Below, piece after piece: positions 54,328 to 64,000 of a stretch of 64,000 nt of DNA (position 1 is its first letter; each line of letters begins with the position of its first letter). Below the pieces are notes generated by a model. It was not told where the DNA came from. It worked only from the letters and a program-made list of their open reading frames with translations, and ran no database searches. The translations under genes and the position numbers were made by a program. The DNA comes from Alphaproteobacteria bacterium. GTDB lineage: Bacteria; Pseudomonadota; Alphaproteobacteria; Rhodospirillales; Rhodospirillaceae. The stretch covers positions 3,014 to 67,013 of the forward strand of contig JAUIGX010000001.1 in assembly GCA_030432435.1 (NCBI GenBank), given 5' to 3'.

Positions 54328-56376
54328 ATGCCGAACGGAAAGTCTTCATCAGCAAAAAGCACACGATGTGTGGCTCTGGTCGGGCCTCAATCAAGCGGTA
54401 AAACAAGCTTGCTTGAAGGAATGCTATTTGCCGCCGGGGCCATCTCCAAAAAGGGTAACGTCGCCGATGGTTCAACCGTAAGCGATCCGAGTCCGGAAGC
54501 CAAAGCACGACAGATGTCGACCGAGGTTACGCCCGTTCGATTCACGTATCTAGACGATAACTGGGTTGTGTTGGATTGTCCCGGCGCGGTCGATCTCAAT
54601 CAAGACTCCCACCAAGGCATGTTGATTGCCGACGCAGTTATCGTTGTCGTCGAACCGGATGCGAACAAAATGTTGGGGCTTGGCTCACTTCTCCGGTTTC
54701 TGGATGAGCACACCATACCTCACCTGCTTTTTATAAATAAGATGGATACTTGGGCGGGCTCGGTGCGCGAACTTCTGAGCGCGGCGCAAAGACAATCGAG
54801 CCGACCACTTGTTCTGCGCCATATCCCGATCATGGAGAATTCACAGATCACCGGATATGTGGACCATGTTGCCGAGCGCGCTTACCACTATAAACTTGAT
54901 CACCCTTCCGAGCGCATTCCCTTCGAAGAGGCCCCTCAAGATGCTGCCGATGCGCGCCGCGATCTGCTGGAAAAACTGTCCGACTTCGACGATGCCCTCC
55001 TGGAGAAATTGCTAGAGGACATCGAACCCGCAACAGAGGAAGTATATCAACATCTCACTAAGGACTTACACGGCGACTTGATTGTGCCTGTGTTTATTGG
55101 CGCAGGCGAACACGACCACGGTGTCCGGCGGATTCTCAAAGCCTTGCGCCACGAAGTCCCGGCCGCAAGCGCTACCGCCGAGCGACTTGGTATTCCCGAA
55201 GCGAATGTCGCAGCTCAGATCTACAAAATTCAGTACGCTCATCACGTCGGCCGGCAGTCGTTGCTCCGCCTGTGGCGCGGAGAGTTAAATGACGGCGACA
55301 CACTAGCTGGACTCCGCGTTACCAATATTCAGGACGGCGCCGAACCAAAACAGGGCAAGGCTCGCATGACCTCCGTAGCTGAGGGGGATGTCTTTGCCCT
55401 TAGTAAAATAGACGCCGGCCCGGCTGGGAGCGTTTTAACAGACTCCGCCACATTGGAACCTGGTATATGGGCTTCCCCACCCCCTCCACTCTACACCCTT
55501 GCGGTCTCGGCCACACATCGCAAAGACGACGTCAAACTCGGCGATGCTTTGCGCAAGCTATGTGAAGAAGATCCTTCTTTAAGCGTGCACCACGTGAGCG
55601 AAACGTCTGAGCTTCTCTTGAGCGGACAAGGAGACATTCATATTCAACTGGCTCTAGAGCGAGTAAAACGTAAATTCGACCTTGATGTGCAAACAGATCG
55701 TCCGCAAGTGCCCTACCGCGAGACAATTCGTAAAGGAACGACCCACCATGCTCGGCACAAGCGCCAGTCAGGCGGGCACGGGCAATTCGCCGACATAAAG
55801 GTTGAAATCAACCCATTGCCGCGTGGCTCGGGGTTTACTTTCACAGACAGTATTGTTGGCGGCGTCGTCCCCAAGAATTTTATTCCGGCTGTAGAGGCGG
55901 GTCTCAGGGGCAACACCGCGCAGGGGCCCCTCGGCTTTAATGTTGTGGATATAAACGTACGCCTTTTCGATGGCCAATTTCACAGCGTGGACAGTTCGGA
56001 TCAAGCCTTTAGGACGGCTGGTCGTATGGCAATGACCGATGCCTTGCCGGACTGCGGGCCTGTTCTGCTGGAGCCGATTTTTGAGGTGAATATTTATGTG
56101 CCGACAGAATTTACCTCGAAGGTCCAACGTGCCGTCACACAAAGGCGCGCGCAAATATTAAATTTCAATACGCGCGAGGGCTGGGAAGGTTGGGAGACGA
56201 TTCAAGTCCACATGCCGGAATCCGAAATGCAAGATCTTGTGACGGAAATTCGTTCTATATCTCAGGGCATCGGAACATTTGAATCGCGATTCGATCACTA
56301 TCAGGAACTCACTGGGCGTGATGCCGACAAAGTCGTAGAGTCCCGAAAGCAGTTCTTGGCGGCGTCACGCAATTAA
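54328..56376 (+). CDS. Elongation factor G-like GTPase (EF-G paralog)
   Basis: G1 VGPQSSGKTS, G3 DCPG, G4 NKMD. Domains II-V are collinear with EF-G, including GGHGQFADIKVEI. ATG 54328 is preceded by GGGAGGG, and an alternative ATG lies at 54313. Confidence 0.85.
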   Translation: MPNGKSSSAKSTRCVALVGPQSSGKTSLLEGMLFAAGAISKKGNVADGSTVSDPSPEAKARQMSTEVTPVRFTYLDDNWVVLDCPGAVDLNQDSHQGMLIADAVIVVVEPDANKMLGLGSLLRFLDEHTIPHLLFINKMDTWAGSVRELLSAAQRQSSRPLVLRHIPIMENSQITGYVDHVAERAYHYKLDHPSERIPFEEAPQDAADARRDLLEKLSDFDDALLEKLLEDIEPATEEVYQHLTKDLHGDLIVPVFIGAGEHDHGVRRILKALRHEVPAASATAERLGIPEANVAAQIYKIQYAHHVGRQSLLRLWRGELNDGDTLAGLRVTNIQDGAEPKQGKARMTSVAEGDVFALSKIDAGPAGSVLTDSATLEPGIWASPPPPLYTLAVSATHRKDDVKLGDALRKLCEEDPSLSVHHVSETSELLLSGQGDIHIQLALERVKRKFDLDVQTDRPQVPYRETIRKGTTHHARHKRQSGGHGQFADIKVEINPLPRGSGFTFTDSIVGGVVPKNFIPAVEAGLRGNTAQGPLGFNVVDINVRLFDGQFHSVDSSDQAFRTAGRMAMTDALPDCGPVLLEPIFEVNIYVPTEFTSKVQRAVTQRRAQILNFNTREGWEGWETIQVHMPESEMQDLVTEIRSISQGIGTFESRFDHYQELTGRDADKVVESRKQFLAASRN

Positions 56377-56458
56377 CGCAATGCTCCAATTTGCGATGTG
56401 CTACAAGATCGGTGGTGCGGGCCAACGACTCACCTCAACCGAGGCAGACGTTCGAACC

Positions 56459-56695
56459 ATGAAGTTACTGGATCGGTTTCGGAAATTTTTTGATCGGGAC
56501 AATTTGCCCCGATCGCGGCTTGCCCGAATATCGATCGGCACACTTTTGGTCATTGGAGGACTCTTCGGCATCCTGCCGATACTTGGATTCTGGATGATCC
56601 CTGTCGGGCTTATGATTTTAGCGATAGATATTCCGTCCGCCCGGCGCTTTATACAAAAAGTTGCACCGAGCCTCTTATCCCGGCAGAAAGAATGA
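56459..56695 (+). CDS. Small two-TM membrane protein (PGPGW-like)
   Basis: ATG 56459 lies inside the track ORF. Sequence ...RISIGTLLVIGGLFGILPILGFWMIPVGLMILAIDIP... The family call is tentative. Confidence 0.45.
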   Translation: MKLLDRFRKFFDRDNLPRSRLARISIGTLLVIGGLFGILPILGFWMIPVGLMILAIDIPSARRFIQKVAPSLLSRQKE

Positions 56696-56755
56696 AATCT
56701 CCGAGACCCGACCCAAGTAAATAGGTGTTCCCTACAACTCAAGACCAGTGCGGCC

Positions 56756-58240
56756 ATGATCCCATCAGTACGCAATGTCACCGGACTTTTTTTGTGCGCA
56801 TCGGTCACGCTACTGGCGGCGTGTGATGCCGTGCCGTCGAACGCCAATCTCAGCTACGACCTACGGACATTGCTTGAGCAAGAGTTCGCCCCCGGCCTGC
56901 TAGATATTGTCAGTGTGGAAAATGATAGACCTTTCACCCTGTGGCTTTCCTCGGATACGGAGGCTGTCCCGTTTACCGCTGAACTTCGCCTGGAGAGAAA
57001 CCACGACTTCGGTAGCTGGCAGCAGGCGAACGTTGCTGCATTGCTCAATGTGCTCGGAGCCATACCTGAAAAAACCTCAGGGATTAAGCCGACCGGCAAC
57101 ACTGCCGGCGATATCATAAAAGTAGAAGGCACCGTCAACTACATCCGCACGAACGGCGAATGGGAAATTCTCTCCGGTATCGCCAACCGAAATCCAACAA
57201 ATGACGATGCATCTATCAACCGAGCTGGCCTTTTACACAAAGCGTGGGCAGTCGCACGCGAAACGGTGACTTCGTTTGGCGCCCCACCTCATTCCGATGT
57301 AATTTTCGAGGAACTCGAAGCCGCAAGACAAGCCATTGCCGGCCGGACAGCGCGTCTGAATGGCAAACTCGCGCTCGCAAGTGGTCCGGAGCAAGGTACA
57401 TACTGGTGGATAGCCGAGGCGGCCCGAAAAGGAGCCCCAGAGACTCTCGTAAACATCCCCACACCAGATAGTCTTAAGAGTCTTGCAATGTTGCGTCACG
57501 AGAAAGTGTCCGCCGCAATTTTACAAAGTAATGAAGCCGTAATGGCAGCTTCCGGTACCGGGCCATACGAATCCTCGGGCCCTCTTCCGACGTTAAGAAG
57601 CCTAACCACTCTTTTTCCGATACCAGTACACGTCATAGTATTGACGGATAGTTCGACCGCTTCGGTAAGCGATCTAATCGGCAAAAAGGTAGTTGTTGGA
57701 GATACCGGGCTGACGAGTTTATCGGAGGCCGGAGATGTCCTTCGCGCTCACCGCGTACCGCTCGTCGCCCTGGCGGAAGACCCTCGTGCCTTACCGCTAG
57801 ACGAAGCTCTCGCGGCGCTTGTCGCCGAAACAGTGGATGCCGTGATTCTAACGGCGGCTGCACCGATCAAGGCCGTCCGTGACTTCATGATCGAAACCAA
57901 CGTCCGGCTTATTCCCCTGGACGGAGATGCCATCGCCCTCATGACATCGGGCACATCGTCTTACGTATCGCTGACTATCCCTGCCCGGACTTATCCCGGT
58001 CAAAGACGTCCCGTGGCTACCATCGCAACAACTGCGCTGCTGGTTTCCACTACAGCCATCTCGGCGGCGGAAGTTCGTAGTGTGCTCGAAACAGTTCTGG
58101 GAAAGGTAGACTATGTCGGCTTGGGCAGTGCGATAGGCGCGATGATAAGCGTTAACTCGGCGCAGGTCGGACTTACCCTCCCTCTTCATCCCGGCGCCGA
58201 AGCATTTTTTACGCCTCCTGCCACGAACGTAGAAAATTGA
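56756..58240 (+). CDS. Lipoprotein with a C-terminal TAXI-family (TRAP-associated) solute-binding domain and a ~190-aa N-terminal extension
   Basis: Lipobox LLAAC. The C-terminal ~300 aa follow the TAXI pattern (LALASGPEQGTYWWIA, LRSLTTLFPIPVHVIV, DLIGKKVVVGDTGL, PLHPGAEAFF). Confidence 0.6.
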   Translation: MIPSVRNVTGLFLCASVTLLAACDAVPSNANLSYDLRTLLEQEFAPGLLDIVSVENDRPFTLWLSSDTEAVPFTAELRLERNHDFGSWQQANVAALLNVLGAIPEKTSGIKPTGNTAGDIIKVEGTVNYIRTNGEWEILSGIANRNPTNDDASINRAGLLHKAWAVARETVTSFGAPPHSDVIFEELEAARQAIAGRTARLNGKLALASGPEQGTYWWIAEAARKGAPETLVNIPTPDSLKSLAMLRHEKVSAAILQSNEAVMAASGTGPYESSGPLPTLRSLTTLFPIPVHVIVLTDSSTASVSDLIGKKVVVGDTGLTSLSEAGDVLRAHRVPLVALAEDPRALPLDEALAALVAETVDAVILTAAAPIKAVRDFMIETNVRLIPLDGDAIALMTSGTSSYVSLTIPARTYPGQRRPVATIATTALLVSTTAISAAEVRSVLETVLGKVDYVGLGSAIGAMISVNSAQVGLTLPLHPGAEAFFTPPATNVEN

Positions 58241-58256
58241 ATTCCCGGTAAACACA

Positions 58257-58290
58257 CAAAGAAAAGCCCGGCCACCGAAGTGGCCGGGCT
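58257..58290 (-). terminator. Rho-independent terminator of the amtB operon (its hairpin is also downstream of the convergent TAXI gene)
   Basis: AGCCCGGCCAC-cgaa-GTGGCCGGGCT at 58265..58290. On the minus strand it is followed by TTTCTTTG. Confidence 0.8.
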
Positions 58291-58317
58291 CTGATAGTTG
58301 GTATTAGCTCTTAGATT

Positions 58318-59670
58318 TTAGTGCTTCAGCGAGCCTTGACCGAACTCGGGATAGGCTTCAAGTCCCAGTTCCGTCTTATCAACACCAAGGCTCTCTTCCT
58401 CTTCGCTGACCCGAAGTCCAACGGTGAACTTCAGCGCGCCCCAAACAATGGCGCTTGTCACGATCATAAACACAGCCACTGCAACAACACCTGTCAGCTG
58501 GGTGATAAAGCTACCGCCACCGAAGATGCCTACAGCAAGCGTGCCCCAGATCCCCGCCACAAGGTGAACAGGAATGGCGCCGACTACGTCATCGATCTTG
58601 AGCTTGTCGAGAAGCGGTACAGCGAAAATCGCCAAGGCCGCACCAATCGCACCGACAATAATCGCGATGAAGTGGTTCTGCAGATCCGGACCTGCTGTGA
58701 TAGCGACCAGACCAGCCAGAGCACCGTTAAGGCACATCGTTAGGTCCATTTTGCCATACAGAATTTGTGTCAGGATCATCGCCGTCACCACGCCAGCAGC
58801 TGCCGCGAGGTTCGTGTTGACGTAAACAATGGCAATTGCCGCGGCATCTAAAGCACTGCCCAGAGCCAACTGCGAACCACCGTTAAAGCCGAACCATCCA
58901 AACCACAAGATGAAGGTGCCCAAAGTCGCGAGCGGCAAGTTAGCGCCAGGCATCGGGTGAACGCGGCCACCTTCATACTTGCCTTTGCGCGCACCGACCA
59001 TGATCGCTCCAACCAGCGCAGCCCAACCACCGGCGGAGTGAACGAGTGTCGAACCGGCGAAATCAGAGAATCCCATCTCGGCCAAGAAGCCGCCGCCCCA
59101 TGTCCAGGACGCCTGAATCGGGTAAAGGACTGCCGAAAGGGCAATGACGAAAATCATGAAAGGCCAGATTTTCATACGCTCTGCGATGGTGCCCGATACG
59201 ACCGAAGCCGCTGTAGCAACAAACACCATTTGGAAGAACCAATCGGACATAACGGAGTAGCCGTTGCCGACAACTTCCGCGACCATTGCATCGCTCGCCT
59301 CATCAGCGTTGATCAAATCCAACTCTGCACCCGAGGGGTTATAAAGCAAGCTGAACGAACCCATGTAGCTGCCTACATCGACATACATAAGATTGTAGCC
59401 AACGAGGTAGAACATGATCCCTGCCATGGAATACAGGGCGATATTTTTTAGGCAAATCGAAGCCGTATTTTTCGACCGTACTAATCCTGATTCCAGCATC
59501 GCGAAGCCGGCCGCCATGAACATCACGAGGACGCCATGAACGAGGAAGGAAAAGGTATTGAAAACAAAGGCCGCTTCTTCCGACACTTCAGCTGCTGCGG
59601 GGGAACTCAACATCGCCAAAGCGACCCCGGCACCCGCCAACGTCATAAGTTTATATTTTATATTTCTCAT
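58318..59670 (-). CDS. amtB: Ammonium transporter
   Basis: Signal peptide, about 11 TM helices, and the conserved motifs DFAGSTLVHSAGGWAAL and VGAIPVHLVAGIWGT. Confidence 0.95.
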   Translation of the reverse strand: MRNIKYKLMTLAGAGVALAMLSSPAAAEVSEEAAFVFNTFSFLVHGVLVMFMAAGFAMLESGLVRSKNTASICLKNIALYSMAGIMFYLVGYNLMYVDVGSYMGSFSLLYNPSGAELDLINADEASDAMVAEVVGNGYSVMSDWFFQMVFVATAASVVSGTIAERMKIWPFMIFVIALSAVLYPIQASWTWGGGFLAEMGFSDFAGSTLVHSAGGWAALVGAIMVGARKGKYEGGRVHPMPGANLPLATLGTFILWFGWFGFNGGSQLALGSALDAAAIAIVYVNTNLAAAAGVVTAMILTQILYGKMDLTMCLNGALAGLVAITAGPDLQNHFIAIIVGAIGAALAIFAVPLLDKLKIDDVVGAIPVHLVAGIWGTLAVGIFGGGSFITQLTGVVAVAVFMIVTSAIVWGALKFTVGLRVSEEEESLGVDKTELGLEAYPEFGQGSLKH

Positions 59671-59699
59671 TTTTTGCTCCTGACCTGAGTGGGCTTGCG

Positions 59700-60038
59700 C
59701 TAAAGCGCTTCCGCGCCGGTTTCACCAGTGCGAATACGCACGGCCTGTTCAACGGGGAGTACGAAGACCTTGCCGTCGCCGATAGCGCCGACCTTTGCTG
59801 CTTCGGAAATTGCCTCAACAGCTTTGGTCGCATCACTATCGTCGACAACAAGTTCTATTTTCACTTTGGGCAGATACTCCACCTCATATTCCGCACCCCG
59901 GTAGAGCTCCTTGTGACCGCGCTGGCGACCGAATCCCCTAACTTCACTAACGGTCATGCCCTGCGCCCCTAGGCTAACCAACGCGTTTCTCACTTCTTCG
60001 AGCTTTCCCGGTTTTATAACTGCAATAATCAGTTTCAT
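59700..60038 (-). CDS. glnK: P-II nitrogen regulatory protein (GlnK, by linkage to amtB)
   Basis: Sequence MKLIIAVIKPGKLEEVR...[25 protein letters not shown] (T-loop Tyr51 context) ...GDGKVFVLPVEQAVRIRTGE. Confidence 0.9.
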   Translation of the reverse strand: MKLIIAVIKPGKLEEVRNALVSLGAQGMTVSEVRGFGRQRGHKELYRGAEYEVEYLPKVKIELVVDDSDATKAVEAISEAAKVGAIGDGKVFVLPVEQAVRIRTGETGAEAL

Positions 60039-60117
60039 ATCTGCCCTCTTCTTCTTTGTGAATCCTGGCTACTTTTCCACGACTCTTATTTAGCTTCTTT
60101 GGCTGAAGGCTCTTCAG

Positions 60118-60822
60118 TTAGAAGCTGCGTGAAACGCTGAATACGACACGTGACTCACAGGAGTTCACACAACCGGTAACATCGGTGTCGTAATAACGAA
60201 GGTCGGCATCGAACCAGTCATAGACGTTGAGCGTGGTGCCAACGTTCCAGTCTGTGTAGTTTCCGCCGCCGGTGAAGTCGTAGTAACCAATGTTGGCATC
60301 TACGCTGAGAATTTCGGCAATCGGCACACTGATGCCGCCGCTGTAGTAAACTGCATCGTCGGTGCCGCCGAAGTTATCGGGGGTCCAAGCGATACCGGCA
60401 GAGATGGCGGCAGGACCGAAGTCATAACCAACCGAGCCGTAGATTTCCCAAAAGTCGTAATTGAGAGCGTTGGCTGCGCCGGGATACAAGTAGTAGAGAA
60501 ATCCTACGTCATAGGAGAACGCGTCGATCTCACCGGCGTAACCGGCATAAAAGTCCATTTCGACATGGGCATTATCACCGTCGCCGAAGTTGACGTTGGA
60601 GCCCCACATGCCGACGTAGACGCCGACACCGCTATCCCAATCCAAGCCGCCCTGAATTGTCGGTTCCTCTAGGGTTTGGCTAAAGCCGCGAAAAACGTAA
60701 TCCGTTCCGACGGACACGTTTCCTGAGAATTCCCCCGGCAATGACATATCTTGAGCTGCTGCGACGCTGGGAACGCCGAAAGCAACTGCTGCTGCGAGGA
60801 GGCTGATTGTTCTTGTTTTCAC
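60118..60822 (-). CDS. TorF-family (TIGR02001/Gcw_chp) putative outer-membrane porin
   Basis: Signal peptide, then GNVSVGTDYVFRGFSQT...GGLDW....GVYVGMWGSNV, and a C-terminal aromatic residue (SRSF). GTG start at 60822, preceded by GGGAGAA. Confidence 0.75.
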   Translation of the reverse strand: MKTRTISLLAAAVAFGVPSVAAAQDMSLPGEFSGNVSVGTDYVFRGFSQTLEEPTIQGGLDWDSGVGVYVGMWGSNVNFGDGDNAHVEMDFYAGYAGEIDAFSYDVGFLYYLYPGAANALNYDFWEIYGSVGYDFGPAAISAGIAWTPDNFGGTDDAVYYSGGISVPIAEILSVDANIGYYDFTGGGNYTDWNVGTTLNVYDWFDADLRYYDTDVTGCVNSCESRVVFSVSRSF

Positions 60823-60885
60823 GTGAATTCTCCCATGAGTTCATATTGGAAGGTTAAAGATACGCAGTAGTACGTCCCCTACTAT

Positions 60886-60902
60886 CGCAATAAGCGTGCC
60901 AG
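60886..60902 (-). promoter_or_regulatory. Near-consensus sigma-54 (-24/-12) promoter facing porin-glnK-amtB
   Basis: The minus strand reads C-TGGCACG-CTTA-TTGC-G, against the consensus TGGCACG-N4-TTGC. The -12 element lies about 65 nt upstream of the porin start codon. Confidence 0.6.
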
Positions 60903-61002
60903 ATTTTTTGCGTTGCAAAAAGATCACACTTATCTATTTTTATCATTAAATAACATATACTTAGAATTTCATTCATCCATGGGGCTAAGGAGGAATGCTG
61001 CA

Positions 61003-61021
61003 ATGCATATATTTTATGCAT
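61003..61021. promoter_or_regulatory. 19-bp palindrome; candidate enhancer-binding-protein (NtrC-like) site
   Basis: ATGCATA-TATTT-TATGCAT, containing TGCA-N9-TGCA over a 17-bp span. It lies about 100 bp upstream of the sigma-54 -24 element. Confidence 0.3.
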
Positions 61022-61173
61022 AAATTTTAATCAGTAAAATTTTACATGATCATTTTTTAATCATAATTGACGCGCTCCTAGCCTCTCACCATGATGAGAT
61101 GTGAAACTTGGAGCAGAGATATTCATCCGGCCCGACAACAATCATGTAGAGTTAGGTATGGGCGCTCACTTGA

Positions 61174-61578
<405 letters not shown>

Positions 61579-61841
61579 GAATAGGGTGCCGCTGAGCGAG
61601 TGCACTGAAACTGTGGACAAACGTGTGCGCCGCAGCAATTTGGGACGGTTTTTGACAGTATAAGCGCTCATATTAAGGTGTAGATGCGCGCGCACCTGCG
61701 ACATCTTTCGGCAAGACAAATTCCTTACTTGCACCGCCCCCCTCGGAGTGCGAAAGACATGCGCTCAATGATACGCGGGTCCTCCCGCGATGGGAGATTT
61801 TGACAGGTCGAACCGGCCGCCGTACGGGATTAAAACTGAAG

Positions 61842-63680
61842 ATGCTCAATACCAACGTACGCATGCAAAGTGCAGGCAATTCCAAGCTGAACGCCCTCGT
61901 AGAGGAAATGGCGGCCTTGTGTCAGCCAGACCAAATTTATTGGTGTGACGGGACCCAAGAAGAATATGACCGTCTCTGCGAGGACATGGTCCGTGGCGGC
62001 ACATTTATAAAGCTCAATCAGGAAAAGCGGCCCGGCTCGTATCTATGTCGGTCTCACCCTGGTGATGTCGCTCGCGTCGAACATCGCACCTTTATTTGCA
62101 GCAAAACTAAAGAAGACGCAGGCCCCACAAATAACTGGGCCGATCCCACCGAAATGCGGCAAACTCTTCGCGGCATATTTTCCGGATGTATGCGTGGACG
62201 TACTATGTACGTCGTCCCCTTCAGTATGGGCCCGCTCGGCTCTGACATTGCCCACATCGGCATTCAAATTACCGATTCCGCCTATGCGGTTGTAAACATG
62301 CGCATCATGACGCGCATGGGAAGCCAGGTTCTCGACATTCTCGGCGATAGCGGCGAATTTGTGCCCTGCATTCACTCTGTCGGCGCTCCTTTGGAGCCCG
62401 GCCAAGAAGATGTGCCGTGGCCCTGCAACCCCGATCAAAAATACATCGTTCAATTTCCGGATGAACGCGAAATTTGGTCTTACGGAAGCGGCTATGGAGG
62501 CAACGCCCTCCTCGGCAAAAAATGTTTCGCTCTTCGCATCGCCTCTGTCATGGCCCGCGAGGAAGGATGGCTAGCCGAACACATGCTTCTTCTTGGGCTG
62601 GAATCGCCTCAAGGTGAAAAGACCTACGTCGGCGCGGCCTTCCCCAGCGCTTGCGGCAAGACAAACTTGGCTATGATTATTCCTCCCAAAGGTTTTGAAG
62701 GCTGGAAGGCCTGGACCGTGGGCGACGACATTGCCTGGATTAAGCCGAGCGCAGATGGACAGTTCCGCGCGATCAATCCTGAAGCGGGCTACTTCGGCGT
62801 CGCACCGGGCACTTCGGAAAAGACCAATCCCAACGCCATGAAGTTGGTCGAGAGCAATACCATCTTCACCAATGTCGCCCTTACCGATGATGGAGACGTC
62901 TGGTGGGAAGGCATGACAGACGAACCGCCCGCACACCTGACCGACTGGCAGGGCAATGAATGGACGCCCGATTGCGGACGCGTGGCGGCACATCCAAATG
63001 CACGCTTCACCGCACCCGCCAGCAGCTGCCCGACATTGGACCCCGCATGGGACGACCCCAAGGGCGTACCGGTGAGCGCATTCATTTTCGGCGGCCGCAT
63101 GAGCCACACGTTCCCGCTCGTGTTTCAGTCATACGACTGGGACCACGGCGTGTACCTGGCGGCGACCATGGGCTCGGAAGCTACGGCGGCCGCAGAAAAT
63201 CAAGCAGCGGTTCGACGAGATCCGATGGCGATGCTGCCCTTCTGCGGCTACAACATGGCCGACTACTGGGGCCATTGGCTCAGCCTGAAAGACAAGGTTA
63301 AAAACCCGCCGCTGATCTTCCGGGTTAATTGGTTCCGCAAGGACGCCAACGGCAAATTCATCTGGCCCGGCTTTGGCCAGAACATGCGCGCCCTTTCCTG
63401 GATCATTGATCGCGTGCATGGCCGGGCCGACGCCGTCGAAAGCCCGTTTGGCTTCATGCCGCGCCAATCCGACCTTCAGCTGGACGGTTTGGACATGGAG
63501 ACGTCGGCCTTCGAAGCTTTGATGAAAATTGACCGCCTGTCGGCCCTGAACGAGATCAACGATCAGAGCAGCTTGTTCAAACGCTTTGGATCGCGTGTAC
63601 CTGAGGCCTTGCTGGGTCAGCAGAACAGCGTCCGCGAGCGGGTCGAAAAAGCCGACAGTGTATGGCATCCCGGGGCCTGA
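61842..63680 (+). CDS. pckG: Phosphoenolpyruvate carboxykinase (GTP-dependent type)
   Basis: GTP-PEPCK signatures [23 protein letters not shown]-loop [12 protein letters not shown], and WEGM...TDWQG. ATG 61842 was chosen inside the longer track ORF. Confidence 0.95.
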   Translation: MLNTNVRMQSAGNSKLNALVEEMAALCQPDQIYWCDGTQEEYDRLCEDMVRGGTFIKLNQEKRPGSYLCRSHPGDVARVEHRTFICSKTKEDAGPTNNWADPTEMRQTLRGIFSGCMRGRTMYVVPFSMGPLGSDIAHIGIQITDSAYAVVNMRIMTRMGSQVLDILGDSGEFVPCIHSVGAPLEPGQEDVPWPCNPDQKYIVQFPDEREIWSYGSGYGGNALLGKKCFALRIASVMAREEGWLAEHMLLLGLESPQGEKTYVGAAFPSACGKTNLAMIIPPKGFEGWKAWTVGDDIAWIKPSADGQFRAINPEAGYFGVAPGTSEKTNPNAMKLVESNTIFTNVALTDDGDVWWEGMTDEPPAHLTDWQGNEWTPDCGRVAAHPNARFTAPASSCPTLDPAWDDPKGVPVSAFIFGGRMSHTFPLVFQSYDWDHGVYLAATMGSEATAAAENQAAVRRDPMAMLPFCGYNMADYWGHWLSLKDKVKNPPLIFRVNWFRKDANGKFIWPGFGQNMRALSWIIDRVHGRADAVESPFGFMPRQSDLQLDGLDMETSAFEALMKIDRLSALNEINDQSSLFKRFGSRVPEALLGQQNSVRERVEKADSVWHPGA

Positions 63681-63825
63681 CACGGCTCCGGCAGGCAGCT
63701 CAATATGCATTTTTGGGCATGTGCCATGCGGATTCTACCGACTATAGAGCAAGAAAATGCTCGGCTAGTTCATTAAGTATAGAAGTAGCACCACACTCTA
63801 AAATTCATTTCTAGGAGTATTGGCC

Positions 63826-64000
63826 ATGACTGCGTGTTTAATCGGTTGGCATCATTCCAAATTTGGAAAATTGCACGACGAGAGTCTCGAACAGTTAATC
63901 GTTAAGGCAGCGCGCGCCGCGCTTGAAGACGCCGGAATTGGTGCAGCCGATGTAGACGACATGTTTATCGGCCACTTTAACTCGGGATTTTCCGAACAAG
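63826..64000 (+). CDS. Thiolase-fold protein (SCP-x/lipid-transfer-type thiolase), 5' fragment truncated by the window end
   Basis: ATG 63826 is preceded by AGGAG. Sequence MTACLIGWHHSKFGKLHDESLEQLIVKAARAALEDAGIGAADVDDMFIGHFNSGF, typical of this thiolase subgroup. Confidence 0.7.
   Translation, partial: MTACLIGWHHSKFGKLHDESLEQLIVKAARAALEDAGIGAADVDDMFIGHFNSGFSEQ

Overview
The window reads as a GC-rich, gene-dense chromosomal core segment of an alphaproteobacterium, with about 65 protein genes on both strands. The lineage call rests on small-protein families restricted to that class (DUF1192, DUF1013, two DUF465, GapR/DUF2312, DUF1244, a COQ9-like protein) and on a three-gene split transhydrogenase (pntAA-pntAB-pntB). 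Housekeeping genes include purEK, pyk, rpsU, rpmJ, def, kup, a porin-glnK-amtB operon, glnB and a GTP-type PEP carboxykinase. I saw no rRNA, tRNA, CRISPR array, transposase, integrase, phage gene or recognisable defence gene. I therefore cannot point to a clear-cut novel multi-gene system, and the findings are modest candidates.

The observations most worth a second look:
1. Two paralogous ArsR-SRPBCC(AHSA1) modules are each preceded by a long perfect AT-rich palindrome with the same outer half-sites (CCTATAT...ATATAGG). They bracket a TonB-dependent receptor and a serine hydrolase. One module is divergent from a translationally coupled pair of family III CoA-transferase paralogs, one of which carries Glu at the presumed nucleophile Asp.
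2. A near-consensus sigma-54 promoter and several palindromes lie in a strikingly AT-rich control region ahead of a TorF-like porin-glnK-amtB operon.
3. An EF-G paralog with a divergent P-loop is preceded by a small basic ORF, a 17-bp palindrome and a terminator-like hairpin.
4. A 3 x 24-nt in-frame tandem repeat sits inside an N-formylglutamate-amidohydrolase-family gene.
5. rpsU has no ATG, GTG or TTG at its conserved N-terminus.
6. An EcfG-type promoter motif lies in front of an entericidin / ElaB-like / YqjE-like stress cluster.

Four genes below the 60-aa cutoff of the ORF track were found by hand translation: rpmJ, an entericidin-like lipoprotein, a second DUF465 gene and a small two-TM peptide. 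All functional calls come from by-eye motif recognition. No database search or computation was run.
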